In this document: piece by piece, positions 47,570 to 60,388 of the stretch
Layout: each line of letters opens with the position of its first letter
Position numbering within the stretch: position 1 is the stretch's first letter
Origin: Macrostomum lignano
Lineage: Eukaryota
Direction: 5' to 3'
DNA: 64,000 nucleotides
Assembly (NCBI GenBank): GCA_002269645.1
Contig: NIVC01000080.1
Coordinates: 186,001 to 250,000 of the forward strand
Notes under the pieces: generated by a model
What the model was told of the DNA's origin: nothing
What the model saw: the letters and a program-made list of their open reading frames with translations, nothing else
Databases searched by the model: none
Translations under genes and position numbers: made by a program

Positions 47570-50500
47570 ATGTCAGATGAGAATCTCGGCTCTGTTCAGT
47601 ATGGCAGACCGTCCCAGGTTCCGTTTGGCAGCCTCACTGGCGGAGCACCTCAGCAGCATCAGGTTCGGCATCGTCAGCTGAACAATCCTTCTGGAACTGC
47701 GGCTTCTGCTGCTGCTGCTGCGGGTGTCCCTGCAGCTTCATCGAGCAGGCCCAGAGCTACCAGCGACTATGGTTCAATTAGAGCTTCGGCCCTGCATCAG
47801 GCTCGATTGAGAATCGAATCCGATGTTGACTGTGTCAGCTATGCCCCAGATGTGACCGTTGAGGTAGGACTTTGGCTCTGTTGTATGGCAGTTCTAATGC
47901 TCTCATTTTGGGGATTACAGTCCCTATATGGATGTTGCATTACTCATTCTTATTTCCTTGATGTCATAAGGGATTTTAGGCAAATGTATGTCGAGTTTCA
48001 GCCCACTTTTGTGCATACCGATATGTGTTGCACCAGTTGTAAACACTTTTTACATTTCGCATGCTCAAATGCAGGGTACGGAGCGTCAGCGCCTAGTGGA
48101 CAACTCAGGCGAGTGGTACTTCGAATCTCAGCACGCGGTCAGCGGCGAGGAGCTGCTCAGCGCCAAGTTCGAATCCCTGGACTATGACACGTGCGAGAAC
48201 TCCCTGTGGGCAGCTGAGGATCAATCCCGAACTGTGTGGGATCTGCGCCGAATTGAGTTGTGCCGTTGGCTAGTTCACCTGTTAATTGGAGTTGTCACAG
48301 GTGCAATCGCATTCTTTATCGATGTGTGCATCGAACAGCTGGCCAAAGTAAAGTATCGATACATGAAGAGCATGTTAGACCGGTGCATTTTTCACGACTG
48401 CCTAATCTATGCGCTATTATTGTGGATCGCATTCAATTTCATATTTGTTTTAATCGCCAGCTGTTTGACAGTGTTTGGCGAGCCCGTAGCTGCTGGCAGC
48501 GGCATTCCGCAGATCAAATGCTTCCTTAATGGAATTCAGGTGGGAATTATTTTGTTTTAGATATTATTTGTAATTGTATACCAAACTCTGAAATCCATTA
48601 AGAGAAGATGGTGTTCATTAGACAGTCATTATGGCAGTCATTTGACTCTTGTGCAGAAACAGACTGTATTAATGTCTCTTCTCAAGGATGTAGCAAATTA
48701 CATTAATGACACGCGAAGGTTAAAGATTCGTTTTTGTTTGCTATAATGCGCTCGTAGAGCTTTGATTTAGTTTAGGCCCAAATACTAGGGGTATCTAGAT
48801 TAATGGCGCTGACGTTAAATGAAATCGGCTTCAGCTATCTATAACATAGTTTTTGAATTTTGTAAATATCTACGAGCATTCAGAAGTTCTGTCCAATCTA
48901 GTACTGTGACCCTGGGTATAGCTTACAGAAAAAGACTTTAATTAACCCGGCGATGCTGCACCAAGGAGTACTAGACTAGACTAGACTATAACGAAGTGTT
49001 CCTAGTGGTCCTTGTGCTCCACCATGACAACGCCCGACCACACACGGCTTCAAGGACAGTGGAGGCAATTCAACGCATGAAGATTAAACTCCTGCCTCAC
49101 CCACCTTGCTCGCCTGACTTGGCGCCAGCAAATTTTGTCTTTTCCGAGGCTGAAGGAGCTGCTAAGAGTCTACGCCAATCGTCACTGCCTTAAAGAAGAG
49201 GTTCGGCGCCTCCTTGTTTATGCGATTGCCAAGGAGCAGTACGCGCATGTCATTGATTCACTGCGCATTCGCTGGGAGAAATGCGTCAACTGCAACGGTG
49301 ACTACGTGGAGAAGGTTTCCATCTTTAACGACAAGGATAATTGAGCGCTACTTTGACTCTCATGTTAAGAAGAACTTCAATGGATATGCTCTTAAAGATT
49401 GTCATGCTTTGTTTTTTCGAAGTATACCTGTTTTTTAGTTTCTGTAAGCTATACCCATGGGCACGGTACTATATTGGACATGACTTCTGAATGCCCGTAG
49501 ATATTTCCAAAATTAAACAAACTATGTTATAGATAGATGAAGCCGCTTTCATTTAACGTCAGCCCCATTCATCTATCTGAATCCAACTATGAGTTAGGTT
49601 GAAAATTCCCACTACTTTTTGGATGCCCCTTGTACTTTAGAAATATCAGTTGTAAGTAGAAATGAGCAAATCTGTCAGGCTTCTTATTGAGCAATTAGTC
49701 AAGTCCTATCTCTCCCGTCTGTTTAAATCTCTCGTCTCGACGGACCTCTGCTTATTCTAGAATTTTCTGTAAAGCTAAGTACGGTAATAATGATATGCAT
49801 AATCCCTATCCCCAATTGCCATCCAGGTGCCGCGAGTTGTTCGCCTGCGCACTCTAGTCTGCAAAGTACTCGGCGTCCTATTCTCCGTAGTTGGCGGCCT
49901 AGCCGTGGGCAAAGAAGGCCCAATGATTCACTCCGGCAGCGTTGTCGGTGCCGGTCTTAGCCAGGGTCGGGCCGCTTCGTTCAAATTCGATCTCGGCATT
50001 TTTGAGTACTTTCGAACCGACGCTGAGAAGCGGGACTTTGTCAGCGGTGGCGCCGCCGCAGGCGTTGCGGCCGCGTTCGGCGCCCCCGTCGGGGGTGTCC
50101 TATTCGCTTTGGAGGAAGGCGCCAGCTTTTGGAATCAGGGTCTCACCTGGCGCATCTTCTTCTCCTCAATGACGTCATCGTTCACCCTGGCCTTCCTGCT
50201 CGGCTTCTATCGTGGCATACCGAACGATTTGAGCAATCCCGGCCTGATTAGTTTCGGCAAATTTGACAAGCTAGATTATGATTTATTGCACCTGGCCATC
50301 TTTGCCTGCATGGGAGTTGTTGGCGGCCTGTCAGGTGCTCTGTTCAATACGCTGAATGAGCACCTGACTAAGTTTAGGCATCGGTACGTCACTAGCAAAC
50401 TGGGCCAGCTGACTGAAGCAGTTCTGGTAGCCTCCATCACTGCCGTTACAAGCTTCGTGTTAATCTACACAGTTCGCAGCTGTCAGCCGTTGGGCAGCGA

Positions 50501-53500
50501 TCAGATGGAATATCCGGTGCAAATGTACTGCCCAGATGGCAAGTTCAGCTCAATGGCTGCATTGTTATTCCAAACACCAGAAGCTGCTGTTAGATCTTTG
50601 CTCCACGATCCCGTTGGCACCTATTCCGTCACTGGTTTGATAGCTTTCTGCCTGCCTTACCTGCTCATAGCCACGTGGACCTACGGAGTCATGGTGCCTA
50701 GCGGCCTGTTCATTCCCAGTCTGCTCATCGGAGCCGCTTGGGGTCGCGGAGTTGGCATTGGGCTTAACCTGCTATTCCCAACCCATTTCACTGATCCTGG
50801 CAAGTTTGCTCTGATTGGCGCGGCCGCTCAGCTAGGCGGCATTGTCCGTATGACCATCTCTTTGTCCGTTATTCTAATTGAGGCTACTGGCAATGTACTG
50901 TTCGGCTTGCCAATTATGGTTGTACTTATGGTAGCCAAATGGGTTGGCGACTATTTTGGGACTGGTATCTACGATATGCATATTGAACTGGCCTCGGTGC
51001 CTCTGCTGCCCTGGGAGCCGCCTAGTCGATCCGCAGCCGTGTCCGCCCAGGCCGTGATGTCATCGCCTGTGACTTGCCTGTACAGGCAGGAGAGAGTCAG
51101 TCGGATTGTTGAGGTAATGCAGCAGTATGGGAACAGCAAGTTATGGGTACGAGCTTGTATTGTAGACGGGTGTCGTAGCCCAGTGGTCTAGCGCGGTACT
51201 CTGATGTGCCAGCAGTCCAGGCTCGATTCCAAGTGCAGTCGCATTGATTCAGGGCTAAATTGGAATCTCGGCTTGGCTCTGCTCGTGCAATTAACGGCCT
51301 TGAGGGCCAACCCCAAAGGCACAGTGAAGTGTACATGCCTAACCATAAATATAAAGTTGGGGCCGCTCCAACTAAAAAACTATATTGAATCTTGGTATCT
51401 CAAAAATCTTAGATGCAAAAACAAGAAGATTCTTACCCCAAGGGAGACAAGGGAGAGTTGAGGGAAGGGACAAGACAAGGGAGGACTCAAGAGAGAGTTG
51501 CTGAGATGCCAGGACTCAAGGGGGAGTTGCTGAGATGCCAGGACTCAAAGGGGGGGTTGCAGAGATGCCAGGACTCAAAGGGGGGTTGCAGAGATGCCAG
51601 GACTCAAGGGGGAATTGCAGAGATGCCAGGACTCAAGGGGGAGTTGCAGAGATACCAGGACTCAAGGGGGAGTTGCAGAGATGCCAGGACTCAAGGGGGA
51701 GTTGCAGAGATGCCAGGACTCAAGGGGGAATTGCAGAGATGCCAGGACTCAAGGGGGAGTTGCAGAGATACCAGGACTCAAGGGAGAGTTGCTGAGATGC
51801 CAGGACTCAAGGGGGAATTGCAGAGATGCCAGGACTCAAGGGGGAGTTGCAGAGATGCCAGGACTCAAGGGGGAGTTGCAGAGATGCCAGGACTCAAGGG
51901 GGAGTTGCAGAGATGCCAGGACTCAAGGGAGAGTTGCTGAGATGCCAGGACTCAAGGGGGAATTGCAGAGATGTCAGGACTCAAGGGGGAGTTGCAGAGA
52001 TGCCAGGACTCAAGGGAGAGTTGCTGAGATGCCAGGACTCAAGGGGGAATTGCAGAGATGTCAGGACTCAAGGGGGAGTTGCAGAGATGCCAGGACTCAA
52101 GGGGGAGTTGCTGCGATGCCAGGACTCAAGGGGGAATTGCAGAGATGCCAGGACTCAAGGGGGAGTTGCTGCGATGCCAGGACTCAAGGGGGAGTTGCAG
52201 AGATGCCAGGAATCAATAGAGGGTGCTGATATGCTAGTACATAGCTAATTTTCATTCAGTTAATCATGCCCAGAGATGTTGATGCTGATCTCTAAAAGCA
52301 ACAAAGAAGTTTTTTATAAATCCTAAAAAAATGTTATTGATTGACATGCGCGTGTAAAAAATATCGGGAAAAACTGCAGAAAGATAACGATTTCCAGAGG
52401 ACAATAAGCGAGAAATGACATTGTAGAATAGGATAATGGAAGAGAGGGAATGCTAGCTAAGTGAAACAATAGACTGGAGTTTGATGATAATGGATAGAGC
52501 TGAAAAAAATTCATACCGCGATAAACGCTGAGATGCCAGACTAGGGTATGGAATAGAATCGCATGAAAGCTACTATATGAAATTTCCAGCCTGCAGCCTG
52601 AACTCACGCAGACGCAGATTCCCTACCGCATTCCCCACCTGCAACCCGCAGATTCCCTACCGTATTCCCCACCTGCAGTCCCGCAGATTTCCTACCGCAT
52701 TCCTCGCCTGCAATCCCGCAAATTCCCTACCGCATTCCTCGCCTGCAATCCCGCAAATTCCCTACCGCATTCCCCGCCTGCAGTCCCGCAGATTCCCTAC
52801 CGTATTCCCCGCCTGCAACCCGCAGATTCCCTACCGTATTCCCCGCCTGCAACCCGCAGATTCCCTACCGTATTCCCCGCCTGCAACCCGCAGATTCCCT
52901 ACCGTATTCCCCGCCTGCAGTTCCGCAGATTCCCTACCGTATTCCCCGGCTGCAGTCCCGCAGATTCCCTACCGTATTCCTCGCCTGCAACCCGCAGATT
53001 CCCTACCGTATTCCCCGCCTGCAACCCGCAGATTCCCTACCGTATTCCCCGCCTGCAGTCCCGCAAATTCCCTACCGCATTCCTCGCCTGCAATCCCGCA
53101 AATTCCCTACCGCATTCCCCGCCTGCAGTCCCGCAGATTCCCTACCGTATTCCCCGCCTGCAACCCGCAGATTCCCTACCGTATTCCCCGCCTGCAACCC
53201 GCAGATTCCCTACCGTATTCCCCGCCTGCAACCCGCAGATTCCCTACCGTATTCCCCGCCTGCAGTTCCGCAGATTCCCTACCGTATTCCCCGGCTGCAG
53301 TCCCGCAGATTCCCTACCGTATTCCTCGCCTGCAACCCGCAGATTCCCTACCGTATTCCCCGCCTGCAACCCGCAGATTCCCTACCGTATTCCCCGCCTG
53401 CAGTCCCGCAGATTCCCTACCGTATTCCCCGGCTGCAGTCCCGCAGATTCCCTACCGTATTCCCCGGCTGCAGTCCCGCAGATTCCCTACCGCATTCCCC

Positions 53501-54367
53501 GCCTGCAATCCCGCAAATTCCCTACCGCATTCCTCGCCTGCAATCCCGCAAATTCCCTACCGCATTCCCCGCCTGCAGTCCCGCAGATTCCCTACCGTAT
53601 TCCCCGGCTGCAGTCCCGCAGATTCCCTACCGTATTCCCCGGCTGCAGTCCCGCAGATTCCCTACCGTATTCCCCGCCTGCAACCCGCAGATTCCCTACC
53701 GTATTCCCCGGCTGCAGTCCCGCAGATTCCCTACCGTATTCCCCGGCTGCAGTCCCGCAGATTCCCTACCGTATTCCCCGGCTGCAGTCCCGCAGATTCC
53801 CTACCGTATTCCCCGGCTGCAGTCCCGCAGATTCCCTACCGTATTCCCCGGCTGCAGTCCCGCAGATTCCCTACCGTATTCCCCGCCTGCAACCCGCAGA
53901 TCCTCCGTGCCGAGCCCCACAACGGTTTCCCAGTGGTCAGTGGCGACCTCGGCCCAGGCACATTCGGCACATTCGAAGGCCTGGTGACCCGCAACCAGCT
54001 CATCTGCCTGCTGGATATGCGCCTATTCGACGATGGCGATCCGAACTTCCATCTGGAAAATCCCGTGAGCCTGTCGGATTTCCGGCGAGTCTATCCGCGC
54101 TTCCCTTCGGTTCGGCAGCTGCAGCTGAGCGAGGCGGACCTGATGAAGTCGGTAGATCTTGGCCGCTACATGAACCCGGCGCCCTACATGGTGCTGCACA
54201 CCTGCTCATTGGCTAGAATATTCCGCCTGGTCCGCGGCCTGGGCCTGCGCCACTTGGTGGTGATTGATCACCGCAACCAGGTGGTTGGCATGGTAACTAG
54301 GAAAGATTTGGCCAGGTTCCGGGCTACGCACACTGGCGACCTCAAGGAGCTGCAGTTTACCGGGTGA
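47570..54367 (+). CDS. CLCN7: CLC-7 2Cl-/H+ exchanger. Exons 47570-47863, 48075-48539, 49827-51113 and 53900-54367 (837 aa)
   Basis: Motifs GSGIP, GKEGP (gating Glu), [40 protein letters not shown] and two CBS domains (HNGFPVV, GLRHLVV). All junctions are GT-AG, phase 0. Confidence 0.95.
48787..49585. repeat. Palindromic element (arms of about 85 bp) interrupted at its centre by the mariner
   Basis: 48787-48870 is the reverse complement of about 49500-49585 (gctgacgttaaatgaaa..ggcttca..tatctataacatag). Confidence 0.75.
48873..49497 (+). mobile_element. Internally deleted mariner element in CLC-7 intron 2
   Basis: TIRs of about 60 bp (CGAGCATTCAGAAGT...), TA TSD at 48871-48872 and 49498-49499. 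Transposase C-terminus LHHDNARPH...[11 protein letters not shown] / FPRLK...RWEKCV..NGDYVEK, with a frameshift. Confidence 0.9.
51480..52215. repeat. 29-30-bp minisatellite (gttgcagagatgccaggactcaaggggga) in CLC-7 intron 3
   Basis: About 24 units. Overlapping repetitive ORFs in three frames are artefacts. Confidence 0.95.
52610..53899. repeat. 29-30-bp minisatellite (ccgcagattccctaccgtattccccgcctgcaac) abutting the last CLC-7 acceptor
   Basis: About 44 units. The last unit supplies the CCGCAG acceptor at 53899. Confidence 0.95.
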
Positions 54368-54944
54368 TCACCGGGTGATCAAAGTTTGTGCGAGTGGGCA
54401 AACTGCTTTGTATATTTTTGCTAAACGGATTCTAAATCAAACATTTTTTCCGATTTAAAAATGCTGTGCAATTATGCAGTTGATGCGAATATTGGCCTGA
54501 TTCTACTGTATATAATATATATAACTCAAACATTTCATACAGATTGCTCTGTAACACTCGTCAGTATTTATTACCCGACAGCAAATCGAGGCTGCAGATC
54601 TTCTAAACTTTTATGAAGTTTCTTACTTACTTGTGAGTCGCAAAAATATTCTGGGGCCCAATTTGCCTTAAAAAACGGTTGATTATTTCGCTAAATGAAC
54701 TAATTATTTATTTCATTAAGAAAAAAATCTATTGATTGATGCATAAATAATTTGTCTGTGTGTGCGTTTTGTACTATTTTTATCTGTTTATATATTTCAA
54801 TCAGAATTTTTTTCTATTTTAGCTGCGTCGTCTCGGAAATTAATATCAATTGCTAGCTCAGCATTGAGAATATTTGTGTTATTCTTGTTATTCAGATTCG
54901 CCCACGGCAAATAGAACTCCGGATCTCAGTTGAACTCTTGCCCA

Positions 54945-57595
54945 ACACGCCTCATGATCCCCATTTGACCCCAACACGCCTCATGATCCCCATTTGACCC
55001 CAACACGCCTCACGATCCCCATTTGACCCCAACACGCCTCATGATCCCCATTTGACCCCAACACGCCTCATGATCCCCATTTGACCCCAACACGCCTCAC
55101 GATCCCCATTTGACCCCAACACGCCTCATGATCCCCATTTGACCCCAACACGCCTCATGATCCCCATTTGACCCCAACACGCCTCATGATCCCCATTTGA
55201 CCCCAACACGCCTCATGATCCCCATCTGACCCCAACACGCCTCACGATCCCCATTTGACCCCAGCATGCCTCATGATCCCCATTTGACCCCAACACGCCT
55301 CATGATCCCCATTTGACCCCAACACGCCTCATGATCCCCATTTGACCCCAACACGCCTCACGATCCCCATTTGACCCCAACACGCCTCACGATCCCCATT
55401 TGACCCCAACATGCCTCATGACCCCCTTTGACCCAAACACACCACATGATCCCCATTTGACCCCAACACGCCTCACGATCCCCATTTGACCCCAACACGC
55501 CTCATGATCCCCATTTGACCCCAACACGCCTCACGATCCCCATTTGACCCCAACACGCCTCACGATCCCCATTTGACCCCAACACGCCTCACGATCCCCA
55601 TTTGACCCTAACACGTCTCATGACCCCCTTTGACCCAAACACACCACATGATCCCCATTTGACCCCAACACGCCTCACGATCCCCATTTGACCCCAACAC
55701 GCCTCATGATCCCCATTTGACCCCAACACGCCTCACGATCCCCATTTGACCCCAACACGCCTCACGATCCCCATTTGACCCCAGCATGCCTCATGATCCC
55801 CATTTGACCCCAACACGCCTCATGATCCCCATTTGACCCCAACACGCCTCATGATCCCCATTTGACCCCAACACGCCTCACGATCCCCATTTGACCCCAG
55901 CATGCCTCATGATCCCCATCTGACCCCAACACGCCTCATGATCCCCATTTGACCCCAACACGCCTCATGATCCCCATTTGACCCCAACACGCCTCACGAT
56001 CCCCATTTGACCCCAGCATGCCTCATGATCCCCATTTGACCCCAACACGCCTCATGATCCCCATTTGACCCCAACACGCCTCATGATCCCCATTTGACCC
56101 CAACACGCCTCACGATCCCCATTTGACCCCAACATGCCTCATGATCCCCATTTGACCCCAACACGCCTCATGATCCCCATTTGACCCCAACACGCCTCAT
56201 GATCCCCATTTGACCCCAACACGCCTCATGATCCCCATTTGACCCCAACACGCCTCATGATCCCCATTTGACCCCAACACGCCTCATGATCCCCATTTGA
56301 CCCCAACACGCCTCATGATCCCCATTTGACCCCAACACGCCTCATGATCCCCATCTGACCCCAACACGCCTCACGATCCCCATTTGACCCCAGCATGCCT
56401 CATGATCCCCATTTGACCCCAACACGCCTCATGATCCCCATTTGACCCCAACACGCCTCATGATCCCCATTTGACCCCAACACGCCTCACGATCCCCATT
56501 TGACCCCAACATGCCTCATGATCCCCATTTGACCCCAACACGCCTCATGATCCCCATTTGACCCCAACACGCCTCATGATCCCCATTTGACCCCAACACG
56601 CCTCATGATCCCCATTTGACCCCAACACGCCTCATGATCCCCATTTGACCCCAACACGCCTCATGATCCCCATTTGACCCCAACACGCCTCATGATCCCC
56701 ATTTGACCCCAACACGCCTCATGATCCCCATCTGACCCCAACACGCCTCACGATCCCCATTTGACCCCAGCATGCCTCATGATCCCCATTTGACCCCAAC
56801 ACGCCTCATGATCCCCATTTGACCCTAACACGCCTCATGATCCCCATTTGACCCCAACACGCCTCACGATCCCCATTTGACCCCAACATGCCTCATGATC
56901 CCCATTTGACCCCAACACGCCTCATGATCCCCATTTGACCCCAACACGCCTCATGATCCCCATTTGACCCCAGCATGCCTCATGATCCCCATTTGACCCC
57001 AACACGCCTCATGATCCCCATTTGACCCCAACACGCCTCATGATCCCCATTTGACCCCAACACGCCTCACGATCCCCATTTGACCCCAACATGCCTCATG
57101 ATCCCCATTTGACCCCAACACGCCTCATGATCCCCATTTGACCCCAACACGCCTCATGATCCCCATTTGACCCCAACACGCCTCATGATCCCCATTTGAC
57201 CCCAACACGCCTCATGATCCCCATTTGACCCCAACACGCCTCATGATCCCCATTTGACCCCAACACGCCTCATGATCCCCATTTGACCCCAACACGCCTC
57301 ATGATCCCCATCTGACCCCAACACGCCTCACGATCCCCATTTGACCCCAGCATGCCTCATGATCCCCATTTGACCCCAACACGCCTCATGATCCCCATTT
57401 GACCCTAACACGCCTCATGATCCCCATTTGACCCCAACACGCCTCACGATCCCCATTTGACCCCAACATGCCTCATGATCCCCATTTGACCCCAACACGC
57501 CTCATGATCCCCATTTGACCCCAACACGCCTCATGATCCCCATTTGACCCCAACACGCCTCATGATCCCCATTTGACCCCAACACGCCTCATGAT
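54945..57595. repeat. 29-bp satellite (ccccatttgaccccaacacgcctcatgat), about 91 copies
   Basis: Seen directly; very homogeneous. Confidence 0.97.
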
Positions 57596-57929
57596 CGTCT
57601 CATGATGATGAAGTAAAGTTTATCTTATCATCTTTGAATTTTACGCGAATTTATGATTGAATTCCTATGTATTTTTGTACTCGTATCAATATAAACAATT
57701 GACCGATGCCAGCAGAATTGTAAATTGTATTAACATTTTTTGTTACTCTAGCCGGAGCAATGATGCATTGTCTTTAATATTTTTAAACTGATTGCATTAC
57801 CGCAACCTGTGATTGGGAATGCAAATATACGGCTGCGTAAATTGCGTGCCAATTAATGTTTTACAGATATTTTGCACCTTTATTTGTGTTTTTGTCGGCT
57901 GATAGTGTCAGGTATAGAGGGGAGTATAC

Positions 57930-58600
57930 GTATGGGGTAGACAGGAGAGGGGAGTTTGGGTTAGACTGGAGAGGGGAGTGTGGGGTAGACTGGAGAGGGG
58001 AGTGTGGGGTAGACTGGAGAGGGGAGTGTGGGGTAGACTGGAGAGGGGAGTGTGGGGTAGACTGGAGAGGGGAGTGTGGGGTAGACTGGAGAGGGGAGTA
58101 TGAGGTAGACAGGAGAGGGGAGTGTGGGGTAGACTGGAGAGGGGAGTGTGGGGTAGACTGGAGAGGGAAGTGTGGGGTAGACTGGAGACGTAGAGAGGGG
58201 AGTATGGGGTAGACTGGAGAGGGGAGTATGAGGTAGACAGGAGAGGGGAGTGTGAGGTAGACTGGAGAGGGGAGTATGAGGTAGACTATAGAGGGGAGTG
58301 TGAGGTAGACAGGAGAGATAGTGTGAGGTAGACAGGAGAGATAGTGTGAGGTAGACAGGAGAGATAGTGTGGGGTAGACTGGAGAGGGGAGTGTGGGGTA
58401 GACTGGAGAGGGGAGTATGAGGTAGACTGAAGAGGGGAGTGTGAGGTAGACAGGAGAGGGGAGTGTGGGGTAGACAGGAGAGGGGAGTATGGGGTAGACA
58501 GGAGAGGGGAGTGTGGGGTGTATAAGAGATGAGAGTGTGGAGTAGACAAGAGAGGAGAGTGTGGGGTAGATAGGAGAGGAGAGTGTGAGGTAGACAATAG
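57930..58600. repeat. 27-bp minisatellite (ggggagtgtggggtagactggagag)
   Basis: Seen directly; degenerates toward the right. Confidence 0.9.
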
Positions 58601-58691
58601 AGGCCAGCATATAGGCCAGATCAATGGGGAGTGGGTAGGTCAAGAGCTTGCAGGTTATTCATTCTAATAGTCTTACTGTTCCATTGCTTGC

Positions 58692-59995
58692 ATGTCATCC
58701 TCCAGCCAGAAGCCTCCAGCTGATAAGTGCGGGGACGCCCCTAGGGCGGCGGCGGGCTCAGAGTCAGCTGACCCGGATGGAGCCCTCCTGACCGCCCAGC
58801 TGGAGGCCTGCGACGCCCGAGCACTGCAGCGCGAATCGGAGGCTCGCAGCCGCCAGCTGGAGGCTGAATCGGTCAGGCTGGCCGAAGAGCTGGCTGGCCT
58901 ACAGGAGGAGCTGGTGACGATTAAAATGCGCGAAGCCGAAGGTTCGCTTCGCCTGCGAGACCTTCAGCAGCAGCAGCAGCAGCAGTCTTCAGGCGCATCA
59001 TCTTGTCCGCAGTGTCGAGAACTGCGTCACCGGCTGATGCAGGCTGAGGCTGAGCACCAGCTGTGCGCTGGGCGACTCAGCCGAGCCTGGCAAGGCCGGG
59101 ACCGGGCCGAGCAGCTGCTGGCTGAGTCAGCGGAGAGAGAGAAAGCTCTGAGGAATGAGCTGCGAGAGGCCGAGCGGCGCCTGGCTCAAGCGGAGGCGGC
59201 TAGGCGGGAGGAGCAGGTCAGTGACCGATATGTTGTGAAACTTATATTTTCAATTTTAGCTATTGTAAATAAAAGGTTTATAAAAATGCATTGACATTCA
59301 ATGACACATTAGTCAAAGTTGGTGTCACTATCTATAATGGTGTAAAAGCATGCGATAGCCACTGTGTACACCTGTGTGGCCGTGTGCATTAGTGCATGCC
59401 TGTGTACAGTATTGGTGCGCTTGTATGTGCTCAGAAGTCAGCGGAATGGGCAGAATTGTCAAAGGCGTTAAGCCAGGCTGTCCGGCAGCTCTCGCGCGAA
59501 TACGCAGGAGCTTTAACATCTCTCGTTTCGTCCGACCTCAAATCTTGATCTACTTAGCTGTTGCTATTGTTGAGCTGCGTCTCCCCACGCCCGCAGGTGC
59601 TGTGGCGCCTCAAAGAGACGGAGCGCAGCGCTGATCTGGCCCAGCGCGTGGCTCGCCTCGAGTGCGAACAAGCCGAGGAGGTGGCCGCGGCCAAGATCAT
59701 CGGCGCCTCGGCGGCCTCCAACCCGTCGCGAGCTGGCGGCAGCTCGGCCGCTGCTGCTAGCTCTGCTAACAACCGGTTAGGCATCCTGAGGGGCAAGTGG
59801 AAGGACCTGCCCGAGAGTATTATGACTGACAGCATTGGGCCATTGGAAGAGCTGTGCTTTGTGCCTGACGATCCTCTGATCACTAGCATCTATATGGGCA
59901 GCGGCAGTGAGAAGGCATCGCAAGCTCCGGCTTCTATGTCAGCTTCTCAGATTTCATTCGATATGCAGCATCAGCAGCAGTCCCAGAAGCACTGA
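58692..59995 (+). CDS. EVI5-like coiled-coil protein lacking a TBC domain. Exons 58692-59216 and 59597-59995 (307 aa if this Met is used)
   Basis: LQEELVTIKMREAEGSLRLRDLQQ, EAEHQLCAGRLSR and REEQVLWRLKETERSADLAQRVARLE resemble the recalled EVI5 C-terminal heptad motifs. GT-AG phase-0 intron. Confidence 0.6.
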
Positions 59996-60048
59996 GTCTT
60001 TATTCAGGCTTGGCTAATATAGCATTTAGCGAGCTCATTGGGCTATAG

Positions 60049-60388
60049 CAGAAGTCGGCAAACTATTTTACCTCAAGACAAGTTCAAGAAACCAGCTCTT
60101 GGCTGTGGGTCAGATAATAGAGGAAATAAAAGGGAATAAAGGAGATATGGGGATTAGAGATTAAAGAAGCGAGAAAATGCAATAGAGGATATGGGACGAG
60201 AGAGAGAATATGAAAAGATAGATACGAGATGAGATATTAAAACAGAAAAGAGATGATAGAAAGAAGATAATAGGAGAGACAAGGTAAAAGAGCTAAGAAC
60301 CCTGAGCGGCAAGATTTCTATTGTGAAGTTTCAAAGGACCAGAGGGTTGGATAAAGAGGCTTTGCGGGCTGGAGTTTGCCGAACCTTG
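60049..60388. mobile_element. Degenerate hAT-type MITE with GA-rich interior
   Basis: Termini CAGAAGTCGGCAAAC...GTTTGCCGAACCTTG. TSD GGCTATAG/GGCTAAAG (7/8). Confidence 0.7.

Noticed and set aside
51413-52248. Repetitive [16 protein letters not shown] ORFs
   Set aside because: Open in all three frames because of a stop-free 30-bp repeat; intronic.
52577-53899. 596-aa ORF as a genuine long N-terminally repetitive protein
   Set aside because: The 5' part is a translated minisatellite. Homology and splice phase place the real CLC-7 exon start at 53900.
57856-58643. GECGVDWR / STPHSPL repeat ORFs
   Set aside because: Translation of the 27-bp minisatellite on both strands.
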